From: Styela clava
Taxonomy: Eukaryota
Assembly (NCBI RefSeq): GCF_964204865.1
Contig: NC_135251.1
Span: forward strand, 12,214,001 to 12,278,000
Direction: 5' to 3'
DNA: 64,000 nucleotides
The notes beneath the pieces were generated by a model that saw only the letters and a list, made by a program, of their open reading frames with translations, did not search any database and was not told the origin of the DNA. This document shows, piece after piece, positions 39,901 to 54,900 of the stretch. The stretch's first letter is position 1. Each line of letters begins with the position of its first letter. The translations under genes and the position numbers were made by a program.

Positions 39901-42900
39901 ATAAATAATAAAAAATTGAAAGCAAGTTGTACTATATGGGCTTACCTGAATTAGTTACAAAAAGACAATAATTTGATGACAACATTTGCAAGAAAGTTAT
40001 TTATCATTTCACTGCGCTCATGACAATTTTTATACAACTATTAATAATTTCAATTTTTCAGATACAAACAAGCAGGTGGAAGAAGCAATGAAAAATGTTT
40101 ATGAGAAGTTGAAAAAAGCAAAGACTGAAGGAGGTATGAATTTTATATAATTTAATTACAAAAGAATAGAAAAAACCCTAATTGCATAATATTTCAATTT
40201 AGATTTAAAGACTGCTGCTCTTAAACATGCCGAACTAACAGCTGTGGCTAAGTTTGTAGGAAAAGTTGATAAAATTTTGGAATCTGAACAAGACACAGAA
40301 AAAGGTCAGTTTCTGTTTAATATGTTAAAAATTTCGTAGTTTTTAATACTTTTCATTAAACAATTATACAAAATTGTATATTGTTTCCTTAGACAAAATT
40401 ATAATGAGCCCATCCGACAAAGAAGAAATGAGAAACAAACTAGTTGAAGAAATGAAAAATATCGGCATCGTACCAGTCGTTGAAAACAAAGCTGTAATGG
40501 GTAAGTTGGTCAGTGATTAAGTTTTCAAATTATATGTTTTTTCATACTAAAAGTTACATTTTCGACTGAAATAGATGCTGTGAAGCATATTGAGGTGCCG
40601 ACCGAAACGTTGAAGAACATTTTACAACGCAAAGTCGTTAAAGATATTACACAAAGACTTGTTGAACTTGACGAAATTATCGGAAAGAAAGTTTTAAAAC
40701 ATGCGAAATCAAGTGGGAGTAAGTACAAGTTTAATGGAATATATTTATACAAAATAGTGAGAATTAGAAAAATAACATTTGTTTCCGCACCAACAGAAAA
40801 ATGCTCAATATCGGAATTAAAGTGCAGTCACGATTGCAACAAACTGACCAAGAAATGTATTTGCTACGAGGGAATGACTCTTGTTAACGGAATACAATGT
40901 GTATTGAAGAAAAGTAATATATAATTTTCCTTTTTGAAATCTTATTACTTTGCTTTAACTTTTGTTAGTGGTTGATTCAATATTACTATTCCTATTTATT
41001 GATACATGCATAATTCTAGATATCCACTATGTATTTATTTTTTAATAGGATTTTTAAATTCGGTAAAATTTAATACCTTTTTTTTTCTCTCAGACATTAC
41101 AGATGGAACGGATGTCTCTAAATTCCCTCAAGAGATATCTCTTTCTTTAATGCTACGGAAGGAAAATAAAGAATATCTTTCAGTAATAAAAAATAATACT
41201 CAAGCACTAAAATCTGATGATGAAAAGAATGTGGAAGGTAATTTATTGTCATATCAGATATCTAATTAAGGTAATATTAATTATAATAACTTTGATTAAC
41301 TCATTCAGAAACATTAGCAAGTTTAGAAAAGAAGGGATTACCCTTGGATGATCTAATTACTGCCCTCGCACATAAAAAGAAACTTGAAGTGACGAAGGTT
41401 TATGAAGCTGATTCTGACGATGGTGAAACCGAAGATCAAACATACAACAAAGAATATGAAGTATTGAAAAGAGCAAAGGAATATCAAGAAGCTGATTCTT
41501 TACAGAAATTATCAATGAAACGCAAATCATTTGAAAAACTTCTTGATGCAATGAAAGAAACGGATAAAGGTAATATTAAAATGCCAATTTTGCATATCTG
41601 TCTTGAATTAGTAAATAGATATACATGGTACAATTTATTAAACTTTTTTTGTTTCTTGCAGATGAAACAACACTTGACGATAATGAGGATAAAAACACTC
41701 TGTTGGTGCTAAAATATATTGCGGAAACAAAAGTTGATAAGAAGGTTGAAGAATTGACTCAAGCACTGAAAAATAGTGAGTAATTTTTTATCTTTTCTTC
41801 AAAAAAATTCGTTTTTGAAAACAATTGTGACAATAATATTTTTTTTTATTAGATTCTGACGTCTCGTCGAGTCTAAAACTTCTGGATAATCTGGGAAAAA
41901 TTAAAAAGTTGAAAAAAGATTCTGAAGAAGAAATTGATTTGATAATTAAATTTGAGGAAAAAGTGAAGAATAAGGGTGAGGGTAGAATTTTATTCATCAT
42001 GTGCGGCATTTTGTTAATATAGTTGACTCTACACATATAAGCAACAAATGACTATTTAATGAACTATAATTATAATAAGGTATTTTTATTTTTTATTGTT
42101 CATTGAATATTTTTCACGGGGATTTTATTTTTATGTTGAATCATCTTTATTTGTAAGATTGTAATGCTAATTTCAACTCGAAAGTATAGTCTGTAAATAT
42201 TGTTTTTTACCACAATTACTCAATTCTGTTATTTGTTTTCCAGAAGATCTTCCCATTGAAGAAGTTGATAATCTGGATGAAAAATCTGAAACCAAAAATC
42301 TTGAAAAATATTCTAAAGACATAATTGCTGAAATTGCGGAAGTGGAAGGTCAAAATCCAAAAGGTGAAATAATATTCGAGAACAATAACTTCAATTTGAT
42401 ATTTGATTTTGTTTGATAATATTTTTATTTTCTGTTTAAAACATGAAAAATACAATATGACCAATCGTTTTGTGATAAAAAAAAACTTATTAAGACTGAT
42501 TAGTTTTATAACGACTTCTGCCTCACAATAATCTGCGGAGGTTCTACAATCCTTTTTGCTCGATTGTATTCTTGTATTATGATATTTGTTGTTACAGTGT
42601 GAAAACACATTTCAGCACGTCAGATTACTTCAACCAGTTCCTTGAATTCAATATTTGTTTTTCAGAGAAAGAACAAAAACTCAAAGAAATAAAAGAAAAA
42701 TTGGAACGTGACATCGAGGAAAAGATGGAAGAACAAGAGGCTGCAGTTGCAGAAAAGAAGGAAAAGCTTGAAAAATGTAAAAAAGAAAACCCTGCTGGAA
42801 AAGGAAATGGAAAATCTCCTCACGAAAGATGTGGAGATGAAAGTGGTAAACACATACAATGGATTATGTCGTCGGAATACAATTTTTTTCTTGCAAAAAA

Positions 42901-45900
42901 AGTTTACTTCTTTTAGCATTAGAATACTCTTAATTTCTATTATTTTTATCTATTAATGATATAAGTAAGTTTTATGACTATATGGGCTGATCTGATTTAT
43001 ATAGAAAAGTCAGTAACTTTTGAAAAATATCTTTGAAGTCTGCATTTTATTGCTCATCTCACTGCGCTCATGACAATTTTTGTGATGCTATGTATAATTT
43101 TGTTTTTCATTCATCTAAATTCAGATACAAACAAGCAGGTGGAGGAAGCAATGAAAAATGTTTATGAGAAGTTGAAAAAAGCAAAGACTGAAGGAGGTTT
43201 GAATTTTATATAATTCAATTACAATAAAAACGGAAAAATTCTTAATGGCATAATATTTCAATTTAGATTTAAAGACTGCTGCTCTTAAACATGCCGAACT
43301 AACAGCTGTGGCTAAGTTTGTAGGAAAAGTTGATAAAATTTTGGAATCTGAACAAGACACAGAAAAAGGTCAGTTTCTGTTTAATATGTTAAAAATTTCG
43401 TAGTTTTCAATACTTTTCATTAAACAATTATACAAAATTATATATTGTTTCTTTAGACAAAATTATAATGAGCCCATCCGACAAAGAAGAAATGAGGAAC
43501 AAACTAGTTGAAGAAATGAAAAATAGCGGCATCGTACCAGTTGTTGAAAACAAAGCTGCAATGGGTCAGTTGGTCAGTGATTAAGTTTTTAAATTATATG
43601 TTTTTTCATACTAAAAGTTACATTTTCGACTGAAATAGATGCTGTGAAGCATATTGAGGTGCCGACCGAAACGTTGAAGAACATTTTACAACGCAAAGTC
43701 GTTAAAGATATTACACAAAGACTTGTTGAACTTGACGAAATTATCGGAAAGAAAGTTTTAAAACATGCGAAATCAAGTGAGAGTAAGTACAAGTTTAATG
43801 GAATATATTTATACAAAATAGTGAGAATCAGAAAAATAACATTTGTTTCTGCACCAACAGAAAAATGCTCAATATCGGAATTAAAGTGCAGTCACGATTG
43901 CAACAAACTGACCAAGAAATGTATTTGCTACGAGGGAATGACTCTTGTTAACGGAAAACAATGTGTATTGAAGAAAAGTAATATATAATTGTCCTTTTTA
44001 AAATCTTATTACTTTGCTTTAACTTTTGTTAGTGGTTGATTCAATATTACTATTCCTATTTATTGATACATGCATAATTCTAGATATCCACTATGTATTT
44101 ATTTTTTAATAGGATTTTTAAATTCGGTAAAATTTAATACTTTTTTTTCTCTCAGACATTACAGATGGAACGGATGTCTCAAAATTCCCTCAAGAGATAT
44201 CTCTTTCTTTAATGCTACGGAAAGAAAATAAAGAATATCTTTCAGTAATAAAAAATAATACTCAAGCACTTAAATCTGATGATGAAAAGAATGTGGAAGG
44301 TAAGATATTGTCATATCAGATATCTAATTAAGGTAATATTAATTATATTAACTTTGATTAACTCATTCAGAAACATTGGCAAGTTTAGAAAAGAAAGGAT
44401 TACCCTTGGATGATCTAATTACTGCCCTCGCACATAAAAAGAAACTTGAAGTGACGAAGGTTTATGAAGCTGATTCTGACGATGGTGAAACCGAAGATCA
44501 AACATACAACGAAGAATATGAGGTATTGAAAAGAGCAAAGGAATATCAAGCAGCTGATTCTTTACAGAAATTATCAATGAAACGTAAATCATTTGAAAAA
44601 CTTCTTGATGCAATGAAAGAAACGGATAAAGGTAATATTAAAATGCCAATTTTGCATATCTGTCTTGAATTAGTAAATAGATATACATGGTACAATTTAT
44701 TAAACTTTTTTTGTTTCTTGCAGATGAAACAACACTTGACGATAATGAGGATAAAAACACTCTGTTGGTGCTAAAATATATTGCGGAAACAAAAGTTGAT
44801 AAGAAGGTTGAAGAATTGACTCAAGCATTGAAAAATAGTGAGTAATTTTTTATCTTTTCTTTAAAAAAATTCGTTTTTGAAAACAATTGTGACAATAATA
44901 TTTTTTTTATTAGATTCTGACGTCTCGTCGAGTCTGAAATTTCTGGATAATCTGGGAAAAATTAAAAAGTTGAAAAAAGATTCTGAAGAAGAAATTGATT
45001 TGATAATTAAATTTGAGGAAAAAGTGAAAGATGATAAGGGTGAGGGTAGAATTTTATTTGTCATGTGCGGCATTTTGTTAATATAGTTGACTCTACACAT
45101 ATAAGCAACAAATGACTATTTAATGAACTATAATTAGAATAAGGTATTTTTGTTTTTTATTGTTCGTTGAATATTAATCACGGGCACTCTATTTTTATGT
45201 TGAGTCATCTTTATTTGTAAGATTGTAATGCAAAATTCAACTCGAAAGTATGTTATGTAAATATTGTTTATTGCCACAATTACTCAATTCTGTTATTTTT
45301 TTTCCAGAAGATCATCCCATTGAAGAAGTTGATAATCTGGATGAAAAATCTGAAACCAAAAATCTTGAAAAATATTCTAAAGACATAATTGCTGAAATTG
45401 CGGAAGTGGAAGGTCAAAATCCAAAAGGTGAAATAATATTCGAGAACAATAACTTCAATTTGATATTTGATTTTGTTTGATAATTATTTGATTTGATTAT
45501 TTTCTGTTTAAAACATGAAAAATACAATATGACCAATCGTTTTGTGATAAAAAAAACTTATTAAGACTGATTAGTTTTATAATGACTTCTGCGTCACAAT
45601 AATCTGCGGAGGTTCTACAATCCTTTTTGCTCGATTGTATTCTTGTATTATGATATTTGTTGTTACAGTGTGAAAACACATTTCAGCACGTCAGACTACT
45701 TCAACCAGTTCCTTGAATTCAATATTTGTTTTTCAGAGAAAGAACAAAAACTTAAAGAAATAAAAGAAAAATTGGAACGTGACATCGAGGTAAAGATGGA
45801 AGAACAAGAGGCTGCAGTTGCAGAAAAGAAGGAAAAGCTTGAAAAATGTAAAAAAGAAAACCCTGCTGGAAAAGGAAATGGAAAATCTCCTCACGAAAGA

Positions 45901-48900
45901 TGTGGAGATGAAAGTGGTAAACACATACAATGGATTATGTCGTCGGAATACAATTTTTTTCTTGCAAAAAAAGTTTACTTCTTTTAGCATTAGAATACTC
46001 TTAATTACTATTATTTTCATCTATTAATGATATAAGTAAGTTTTATGACTATATGGGCTGATCTGATTTATATAGAAAAGTCAGTAACTTTTGAAAAATA
46101 TCTTTGAAGTCTGCATTTTATTGCTCATCTCACTGCGCTCATGACAATTTTTGTGATGCTGTGTATAATTTTCTTTTTCATTCATCTAAATTCAGATACA
46201 AACAAGCAGGTGGAGGAAGCAATGAAAAATGTTTATGAGAAGTTGAAAAAAGCAAAGACTGAAGGAGGTTTGAATTTTATATAATTTAATTACAATAAAA
46301 ACGGAAAAATTCTTAATGGCATAATATTTCAATTTAGATTTAAAGACTGCTGCTCTCAAACATGCCGAACTAACAGCTGTGGCTAAGTTTGTCGGAAAAG
46401 TTGATAAAATTTTGGAATCTGAACAAGACACAGAAAAAGGTCAGTTTCTGTTTAATATGTTAAAAATTTCGTAGTTTTTAATACTTTTCATTAAACAATT
46501 ATACAAAATTATATATTGTTTCTTTAGACAAAATGATAATGAGCCCATCCGACAAAGAAGAAATGAGAAACAAACTAGTTGAAGAAATGAAAAATAGCGG
46601 CATCGTACCAATCGTTGAAAACAAAGCTGCAATGGGTAAGTTGGTCAGTGATTAAGTTTTCAAATTATATGTTTTTTCATACTAAAAGTTACATTTTCGA
46701 CTGAAATAGATGCTGTGAAGCATATTGAGGTGCCGACCGAAACGTTGAAGAACATTTTACAACGCAAAGTCGTTAAAGATATTACACAAAGACTTGTTGA
46801 ACTTGACGAAATTATCGGAAAGAAAGTTTTAAAACATGCGAAATCAAGTGAGAGTAAGTACAAGTTTAATGGAATATATTCATACAAAATAGTGAGAATT
46901 AGAAAAATAACATTTGTTTCTGCACCAACAGAAAAATGCTCAATATCGGAATTAAAGTGCAGTCACGATTGCAACAAACTGACCAAGAAATGTATTTGCT
47001 ACGAGGGAATGACTCTTGTTAACGGAAGACAATGTGTATTGAAGAAAAGTAATATATAATTGTCCTTTTTAAAATCTTATTACTTTGCTTTTATTTTTGT
47101 TAATGGCTGATTCAATATTACTATTCCTATTTATTGATACATGCATAATTCTAGATATCCACTATGTATTTATTTTTTAATAGGCTTTTTAAATTCGGTA
47201 AAATTTAATACCTTTTTTTTCTCTCAGACATTACAGATGGAACGGATTTCTCTAAATTCCCTCAAGAGATATCTCTTTCTTTAATGCTACGGAAGGAAAA
47301 TAAAGAATATCTTTCAGTAATAAAAATTGATACCCAAGCACTAAAATCTGATGATGAAAAGAATCTGGAAGGTAAGTTATTGTCATATCAGATATCTAAT
47401 TAAGGTAATAATAATTATATTAACTTTGTTTAACTCATTCAGAAACATTAGCAAGTTTAGAAAAGAAGGGATTACCCTTGGATGATCTAATTACTGCCCT
47501 CGCACATAAAAAGAAACTTGAAGTGACGAAGGTTTATGAAGCTGATTCTGACGATGGTGAAACCGAAGATCAAACATACAACAAAGAATATGAGGTATTG
47601 AAAAGAGCAAAGGAATATCAAGAAGCTGATTCTTTACAGAAATTATCAATGAAACGTAAATCATTTGAAAAACTTCTTGATGCAATGAAAGTAACGGATA
47701 AAGGTAATATTAAAATGCCAATTTTGCATATCTGTCTTGAATTAGTAAATAGATATACATGGTACAATTTATTAAACTTTTTTGTTTCTTGCAGATGAAA
47801 CAACACTTGACGATAATGAGGATAAAAACACTCTGTTGGTGCTAAAATATATTGCGGAAACAAAAGTTGATAAGAAGGTTGAAGAATTGACTCAAGCATT
47901 GAAAAATAGTGAGTAATTTTTTATCTTTTCTTTAAAAAAATTCGTTTTTGAAAACAATTGTGACAATAATATTTTTTTTATTAGATTCTGACGTCTCGTC
48001 GAGTCTGAAACTTCTGGATAATCTGGGAAAAATTAAAAAGTTGAAAAAAGATTCTGAAGAAGAAATTGATTTGATAATTAAATTTGAGGAAAAAGTGAAA
48101 GATGATAAGGGTGAGGGTAGAATTTTATTTGTCATGTGCGGCATTTTGTTAATATAGTTGACTCTACACATATAAGCAACAAATGACTATTTAATGAACT
48201 ATAATTAGAATAAGGTATTTTTGTTTTTTATTGTTCGTTGAATATTAATCACGGGCACTCTATTTTTATGTTGAGTCATCTTTATTTGTAAGATTGTAAT
48301 GCAAAATTCAACTCGAAAGTATGTTATGTAAATATTGTTTATTGCCACAATTACTCAATTCTGTTATTTTTTTTTCAGAAGATCATCCCATTGAAGAAGT
48401 TGATAATCTGGATGAAAAATCTGAAACCAAAAATCTTGAAAAATATTCTAAAGACATAATTGCTGAAATTGCGGAAGTGGAAGGTCAAAATCCAAAAGGT
48501 GAAATAATATTCGAGAACAATAACTTCAATTTGATATTTGATTTTGTTTGATAATATTTTTATTTTCTGTTTAAAACATGAAAAATACAATATGACCAAT
48601 CGTTTTGTGATAAATAAAAAACTTATTAAGACTGATTAGTTTGATAATGACTTCTGCCTCACAATAATCTGCGGAGGTTCTACAATTCTTTTTGCTCGAT
48701 TGTATTCTTGTATTATGATATTTGTTGTTACAGTGTGAAAACACATTTCAGCACGTCAGATTACTTCAACCAGTTCCTTGAATTCAATATTTGTTTTTCA
48801 GAGAAAGAACAAAAACTCAAAGAAATAAAAGAAAAATTGGAACGTGACATCGAGGAAAAGATGGAAGAACAAGAGGCTGCAGTTGCAGAAAAGAAGGAAA

Positions 48901-51900
48901 AGCTTGAAAAATGTAAAAAAGAAAACCCTGCTGGAAAAGGAAATGGAAAATCTCCTCACGAAAGATGTGGAGATGAAAGTGGTAAACACATACAATGGAT
49001 TATGTCGTTGGAATACAATTTTTTTCTTGCAAAAAATGTTTACTTCTTTTAGCATTAGAATACTCTTAATTACTATTATTTTCATCTATTAATGATATAA
49101 GTAAGCTTTATGACTATATGGGCTGATCTGATTTATACAGAAATGTCAGTAACTTTTGAAAAATATCTTTGAAGTCTGCATTTTATTGCTCATCTCACTG
49201 CGCTCATGACAATTTTTGTGATGCTATGTATAATTTTGTTTTTCATTCATCTAAATTCAGATACAAACAAGCAGGTGGAAGAAGCAATGAAAAATGTTTA
49301 TGAGAAGTTGAAAAAAGCAAAGACTGAAGGAGGTTTGAATTTTATATAATTTAATTACAATAAAAACGGAAAAATTCTTAATGGCATAATATTTCAATTT
49401 AGATTTAAAGACTGCTGCTCTTAAACATGCCGAACTAACAGCTGTGGCTAAGTTTGTAGGAAAAGTTGATAAAATTTTGGAATCTGAACAAGACACAGAA
49501 AAAGGTCAGTTTCTGTTTAATATGTTAAAAATTTCGTAGTTTTTAATAATTTTCATTAAACAATTATACAAAATTATATATTGTTTCTTTAGACAAAATT
49601 ATAATGAGCCCATCCGACAAAGAAGAAATGAGAAACAAACTAGTTGAAGAAATGAAAAATAGCGGCATCGTACCAGTTGTTGAAAACAAAGCTGCAATGG
49701 GTAAGTTGGTCAGTGATTAAGTTATTAAATTATATGTTTTTTCATACTAAAAGTTACATTTTCGACTGAAATAGATGCTGTGAAGCATATTGAGGTGCCG
49801 ACCGAAACGTTGAAGAACATTTTACAACGCAAAGTCGTTAAAGATATTACACAAAGACTTGTTGAACTTGACGAAATTATCGGAAAGAAAGTTTTAAAAC
49901 ATGCGAAATCAAGTGAGAGTAAGTACAAGTTTAATGGAATATATTTATACAAAATAGTGAGAATCAGAAAAATAACATTTGTTTCTGCACCAACAGAAAA
50001 ATGCTCAATATCGGAATTAAAGTGCAGTCACGATTGCAACAAACTGACCAAGAAATGTATTTGCTACGAGGGAATGACTCTTGTTAACGGAAAACAATGT
50101 GTATTGAAGAAAAGTAATATATAATTGTCCTTTTTGAAATTTTATTACTTTGCTTTAACTTTTGTTAGTGGTTGATTCAATATTACTATTCCTATTTATT
50201 GATACATGCATAATCCTAGATATCCACTATGTATTTATTTTTTTATAGGATTTTTAAATTCGGTAAAATTTAATACCTTTTTTTTCTCAGACATTACAGA
50301 TGGAACGGATGTCTCTAAATTCCCTCAAGAGATATCTCTTTCTTTAATGCTACAGAAGGAAAATAAAGATTATCTTTCAGTAATAAAAAATAATACTCAA
50401 GCACTGAAATCTGATGATGAAAAGAATGTGGAAGGTAATTCATTGTCATATCAGATATCTAATTAAGGTAATATTAATTATATTAACTTTGATTAACTCA
50501 TTCAGAAACATTAGCAAGTTTAGAAAAGAAGGGATTACCCTTGGATGATCTAATTACTGCCCTCGCACATAAAAAGAAACTTGAAGTGACGAAGGTTTAT
50601 GAAGCTGATTCTGACGATAGTGAAACCGAAGATCAAACATACAACAAAGAATATGAAGTATTGAAAAGAGCAAAGGAATATCAAGAAGCTGATTCTTTAC
50701 AGAAATTATCAATGAAACGTAAATCATTTGAAAAACTTCTTGATGCAATGAAAGAAACGGATAAAGGTAATATTAAAATGCCAATTTTGCATATCTGTCT
50801 TGAATTAGTAAATAGATATACATGGTACAATTTATTAAACTTTTTTTGTTTTTTGCAGATGAAACAACACTTGACGATAATGAAGATAAAAACACTCTGT
50901 TGGTGCTAAAATATATTGCGGAAACAAAAGTTGATAAGAAGGTTGAAGAATTGACTCAAGCACTGAAAAATAGTGAGTAATTTTTTATCTTTTCTTCAAA
51001 AAAATTCGTTTTTGAAAACAATTGTGACAATAATATTTTTTTTTATTAGATTCTGACGTCTCGTCGAGTCTGAAACTTCTGGATAATCTGGGAAAAATTA
51101 AAAAGTTGAAAAAAGATTCTGAAGAAGAAATTGATTTGATAATTAAATTTGAGGAAAAAGTGAAAGATGATAAGGGTGAGGGTAGAATTTTATTCGTCAT
51201 GTGCGGCATTTTGTTAATACAGTTGACTCTACACATATAAGCAAAAATGACTATTTAATGAACTATAATTAGAATAAGGTTTTTTTGTTTTTTATTGTTC
51301 ATTGAATATTAATCACGGGGATTTAATTTTTATGTTGAATCATCTTTATTTGTAAGATTGTAATGCTAATTTCAACTCGAAAATATATTCTGTAAATATT
51401 GTTTATTACCACAATTACTCAATTCTGTTATTTGTTTTCCAGAAGATCATCCCATTGACGAAGTTGATAATCTGAATGAAAAATCTGAAACCAAAAATCT
51501 TGAAAAATATTCTAAAGACATAATTGCTGAAATTGCGGAAGTGGAAGGTCAAAATCCAAAAGGTGAAATAATATTCGAGAACAATAACTTCAATTTATAT
51601 TTGATTTTGTTTGATAATATTTTTATTTTCTGTTTAAAACATGAAAAATACAATATGACCAATCGTTTTGTGATAAAAAAAAACTTATTAAGACTGATTA
51701 GTTTTATAATGACTTCTGCCTCACAATAATCTGCGGAGGTTCTACAATTCTTTTTGCTCGATTGTATTCTTGTATTATGATATTTGTTGTTACAGTGTGA
51801 AAACACATTTCAGCACGTCAGATTACTTCAACCAGTTCCTTGAATTCAATATTTGTTTTTCAGAGAAAGAACAAAAACTCAAAGAAATAAAAGAAAAATT

Positions 51901-54900
51901 GGAACGTGACATCGAGGAAAAGATGGAAGAACAAGAGGCTGCAGTTGCAGAAAAGAAGGAAAAGCTTGAAAAATGTAAAAAAGAAAACCCTGCTGGAAAA
52001 GGAAATGGAAAATCTCCTCACGAAAGATGTGGAGATGAAAGTGGTAAACACATACAATGGATTATGTCGTTGGAATACAATTTTTTTCTTGCAAAAAATG
52101 TTTACTTCTTTTAGCATTAGAATACTCTTAATTACTATTATTTTCATCTATTAATGATATAAGTAAGTTTTATGACTATATGGGCTGATCTGATTTATAT
52201 AGAGAAGTCAGTAACTTTTGAAAAATATCTTTGAAGTCTGCATTTTATTGCCCATCTCACTGCGCTCATGACAATTTTTGTGATGCTATGTATAATTTTG
52301 TTTTTCATTCATCTAAATTCAGATACAAACAAGCAGGTGGAAGAAGCAATGAAAAATGTTTATGAGAAGTTGAAAAAAGCAAAGACTGAAGGAGGTTTGA
52401 ATTTTATATAATTTAATTACAATAAAAACGGAAAAATTCTTAATGGCATAATATTTCAATTTAGATTTAAAGACTGCTGCTCTTAAACATGCAGAACTAA
52501 CAGCTGTGGCTAAGTTTGTAGGAAAAGTTGATAAAATTTTGGAATCTGCACAAGACACAGAAAAAGGTCAGTCTCTGTTTAATATGTTAAAAATTTCGTA
52601 GTTTTTAATACTTTTCATTAAACAATTATACAAAATTATATATTGTTTCTTTAGACAAAATTATAATGAGCCCATCCGACAAAGAAGAAATGAGAAACAA
52701 ACTAGTTGAAGAAATGAAAAATAGCGGCATCGTACCAGTTGTTGAAAACAAAGCTGCAATGGGTAAGTTGGTCAGTGATTAAGTTTTCAAATTATAGGTT
52801 TTTTCATACTAAAAGTTACATTTTCGACTGAAATAGATGCTGTGAAGCATATTGAGGTGCCGACCGAAACGTTGAAGAACATTTTACAACGCAAAGTCGT
52901 TAAAGATATTACACAAAGACTTGTTGAACTTGACGAAATTATCGGAAAGAAAGTTTTAAAACATGCGAAATCAAGTGAGAGTAAGTACAAGTTTAATGGA
53001 ATATATTTATACAAAATAGTGAGAATCAGAAAAATAACATTTGTTTCTGCTCCAACAGAAAAATGCTCAATATCGGAATTAAAGTGCAGTCACGATTGCA
53101 ACAAACTGACCAAGAAATGTATTTGCTACGAGGGAATGACTCTTGTTAACGGAAAACAATGTGTATTGAAGAAAAGTAATATATAATTGTCCTTTTTAAA
53201 ATCTTATTACTTTGCTTTAACTTTTGTTAGTGGTTGATTCAATATTACTATTCCTATTTATTGATACATGCATAATTCTAGATATCCACTATGTATTTAT
53301 TTTTTAATAGGATTTTTAAATTCGGTGAAATTTAATACCTTTTTTTTTCTCAGACATTACAGATGGAACGGATGTCTCTAAATTCCCTCAAGAGATATCT
53401 CTTTCTTTAATGCTACGGAAGGAAAATAAAGAATATCTTTCAGTAATAAAAAATGATACTCAATCACTTAAATCTGATGATGAAAAGAATGTGGAAGGTA
53501 AGGTATTGTCATATCAGATATCTAATTAAGGTAATATTAATTATATTAACTTTTATTAACTCTTTCAGAAACATTAGCAAGTTTTGAAAAGAAGGGATTA
53601 CCCTTGGATGATCTAATTACTGCCCTCGCACATAAAAAGAAACTTGAAGTGACGAAAGTTTATGAAGCTGATTCTGACAATGGTGAAACCGAAGATCAAA
53701 CATACAACGAAGAATACGAGGTATTGAAAAGAGCAAAGGAATATCAAGAAGCTGATTCTTTACAGAAATTATCAATGAAACGTAAATCATTTGAAAAACT
53801 TCTTGATGCAATGAAAGAAACGGATGAAGGTAATATTAAAATGCCAATTTTGGATATCTGTCTTGGATTAGTAAATAGATATACATGGTACAATTTATCA
53901 AACTTTTTTTGTTTCTTGCAGATGAAACAACACTTGATGATAATGAAGATAAAAACACTCTGTTGGTGCTAAAATATATTGCGGAAACAAAAGTTGATAA
54001 GAAAGTTGAAGAATTGACTCAAGCACTGAAAAATAGTGAGTAATTTTTTATCTTTTCTTTAAGAAATTTCATTTTTGAAAACAATTGTGACAATAATATT
54101 TTTTTCATTAGATTCTGACGTCTCGTCGAGTCTAGAACTTCTGGATTATCTGGGAAAAATTAAAAAGTTGAAAAAAGATTCTGAAGAAGAAATTGATTTG
54201 ATAATTAAATTAGAGGAAAAAGTGAAAGATGATAAGGGTGAGGGTAGAATTTTATTCGTTATGTGCGGCATTTTGTTAATATAGTTGACTCTACACATAT
54301 AAGCAACAAATGGCTATTTGATGAACTATAATTAGAGTAAGGTATTTTTGTTTTCTTATTGTCCATTGAATATTAATCACGTGCAACTCATTTTTATGTT
54401 GAGTCATCTTTATTTGTAAGATTGTAATGCTAATTTCAACTCGAAAGTATATTCTGTAAATATTGTTTATTGCCACAATTACTCAATTCTGTTATTTGTT
54501 TTCCAGAAGATCATCCCATTGAAGAAGTTAATAATCTGGATGAAAAATCTGAAACCAAAAATCTTGAAAAATATTCTAAAGACATAATTGCTGAAATTGC
54601 GGAAGTGGAAGGTCAAAATCCAAAAGGTGAAATAATATTCGAGAACAATAACTTCAATTTTATATTTGATTTTGTTTGATAATATTTTTATTTTCTGTTT
54701 AAAACATGAAAAATACAATATGACTAATCGTTTTGTGATAAAAAAAACGTATTAGGACTGAGTAATTTTATAATGACTTCTGCCTCACAATAATCTGCGG
54801 AAGTTCTACAATCCTTTTTGCTCGATTGTATTCTTGTATTATGATATTTGTTGTTACATTGTGAAAACATATTTCAGCACGTCAGATTACTTCAACCAGT

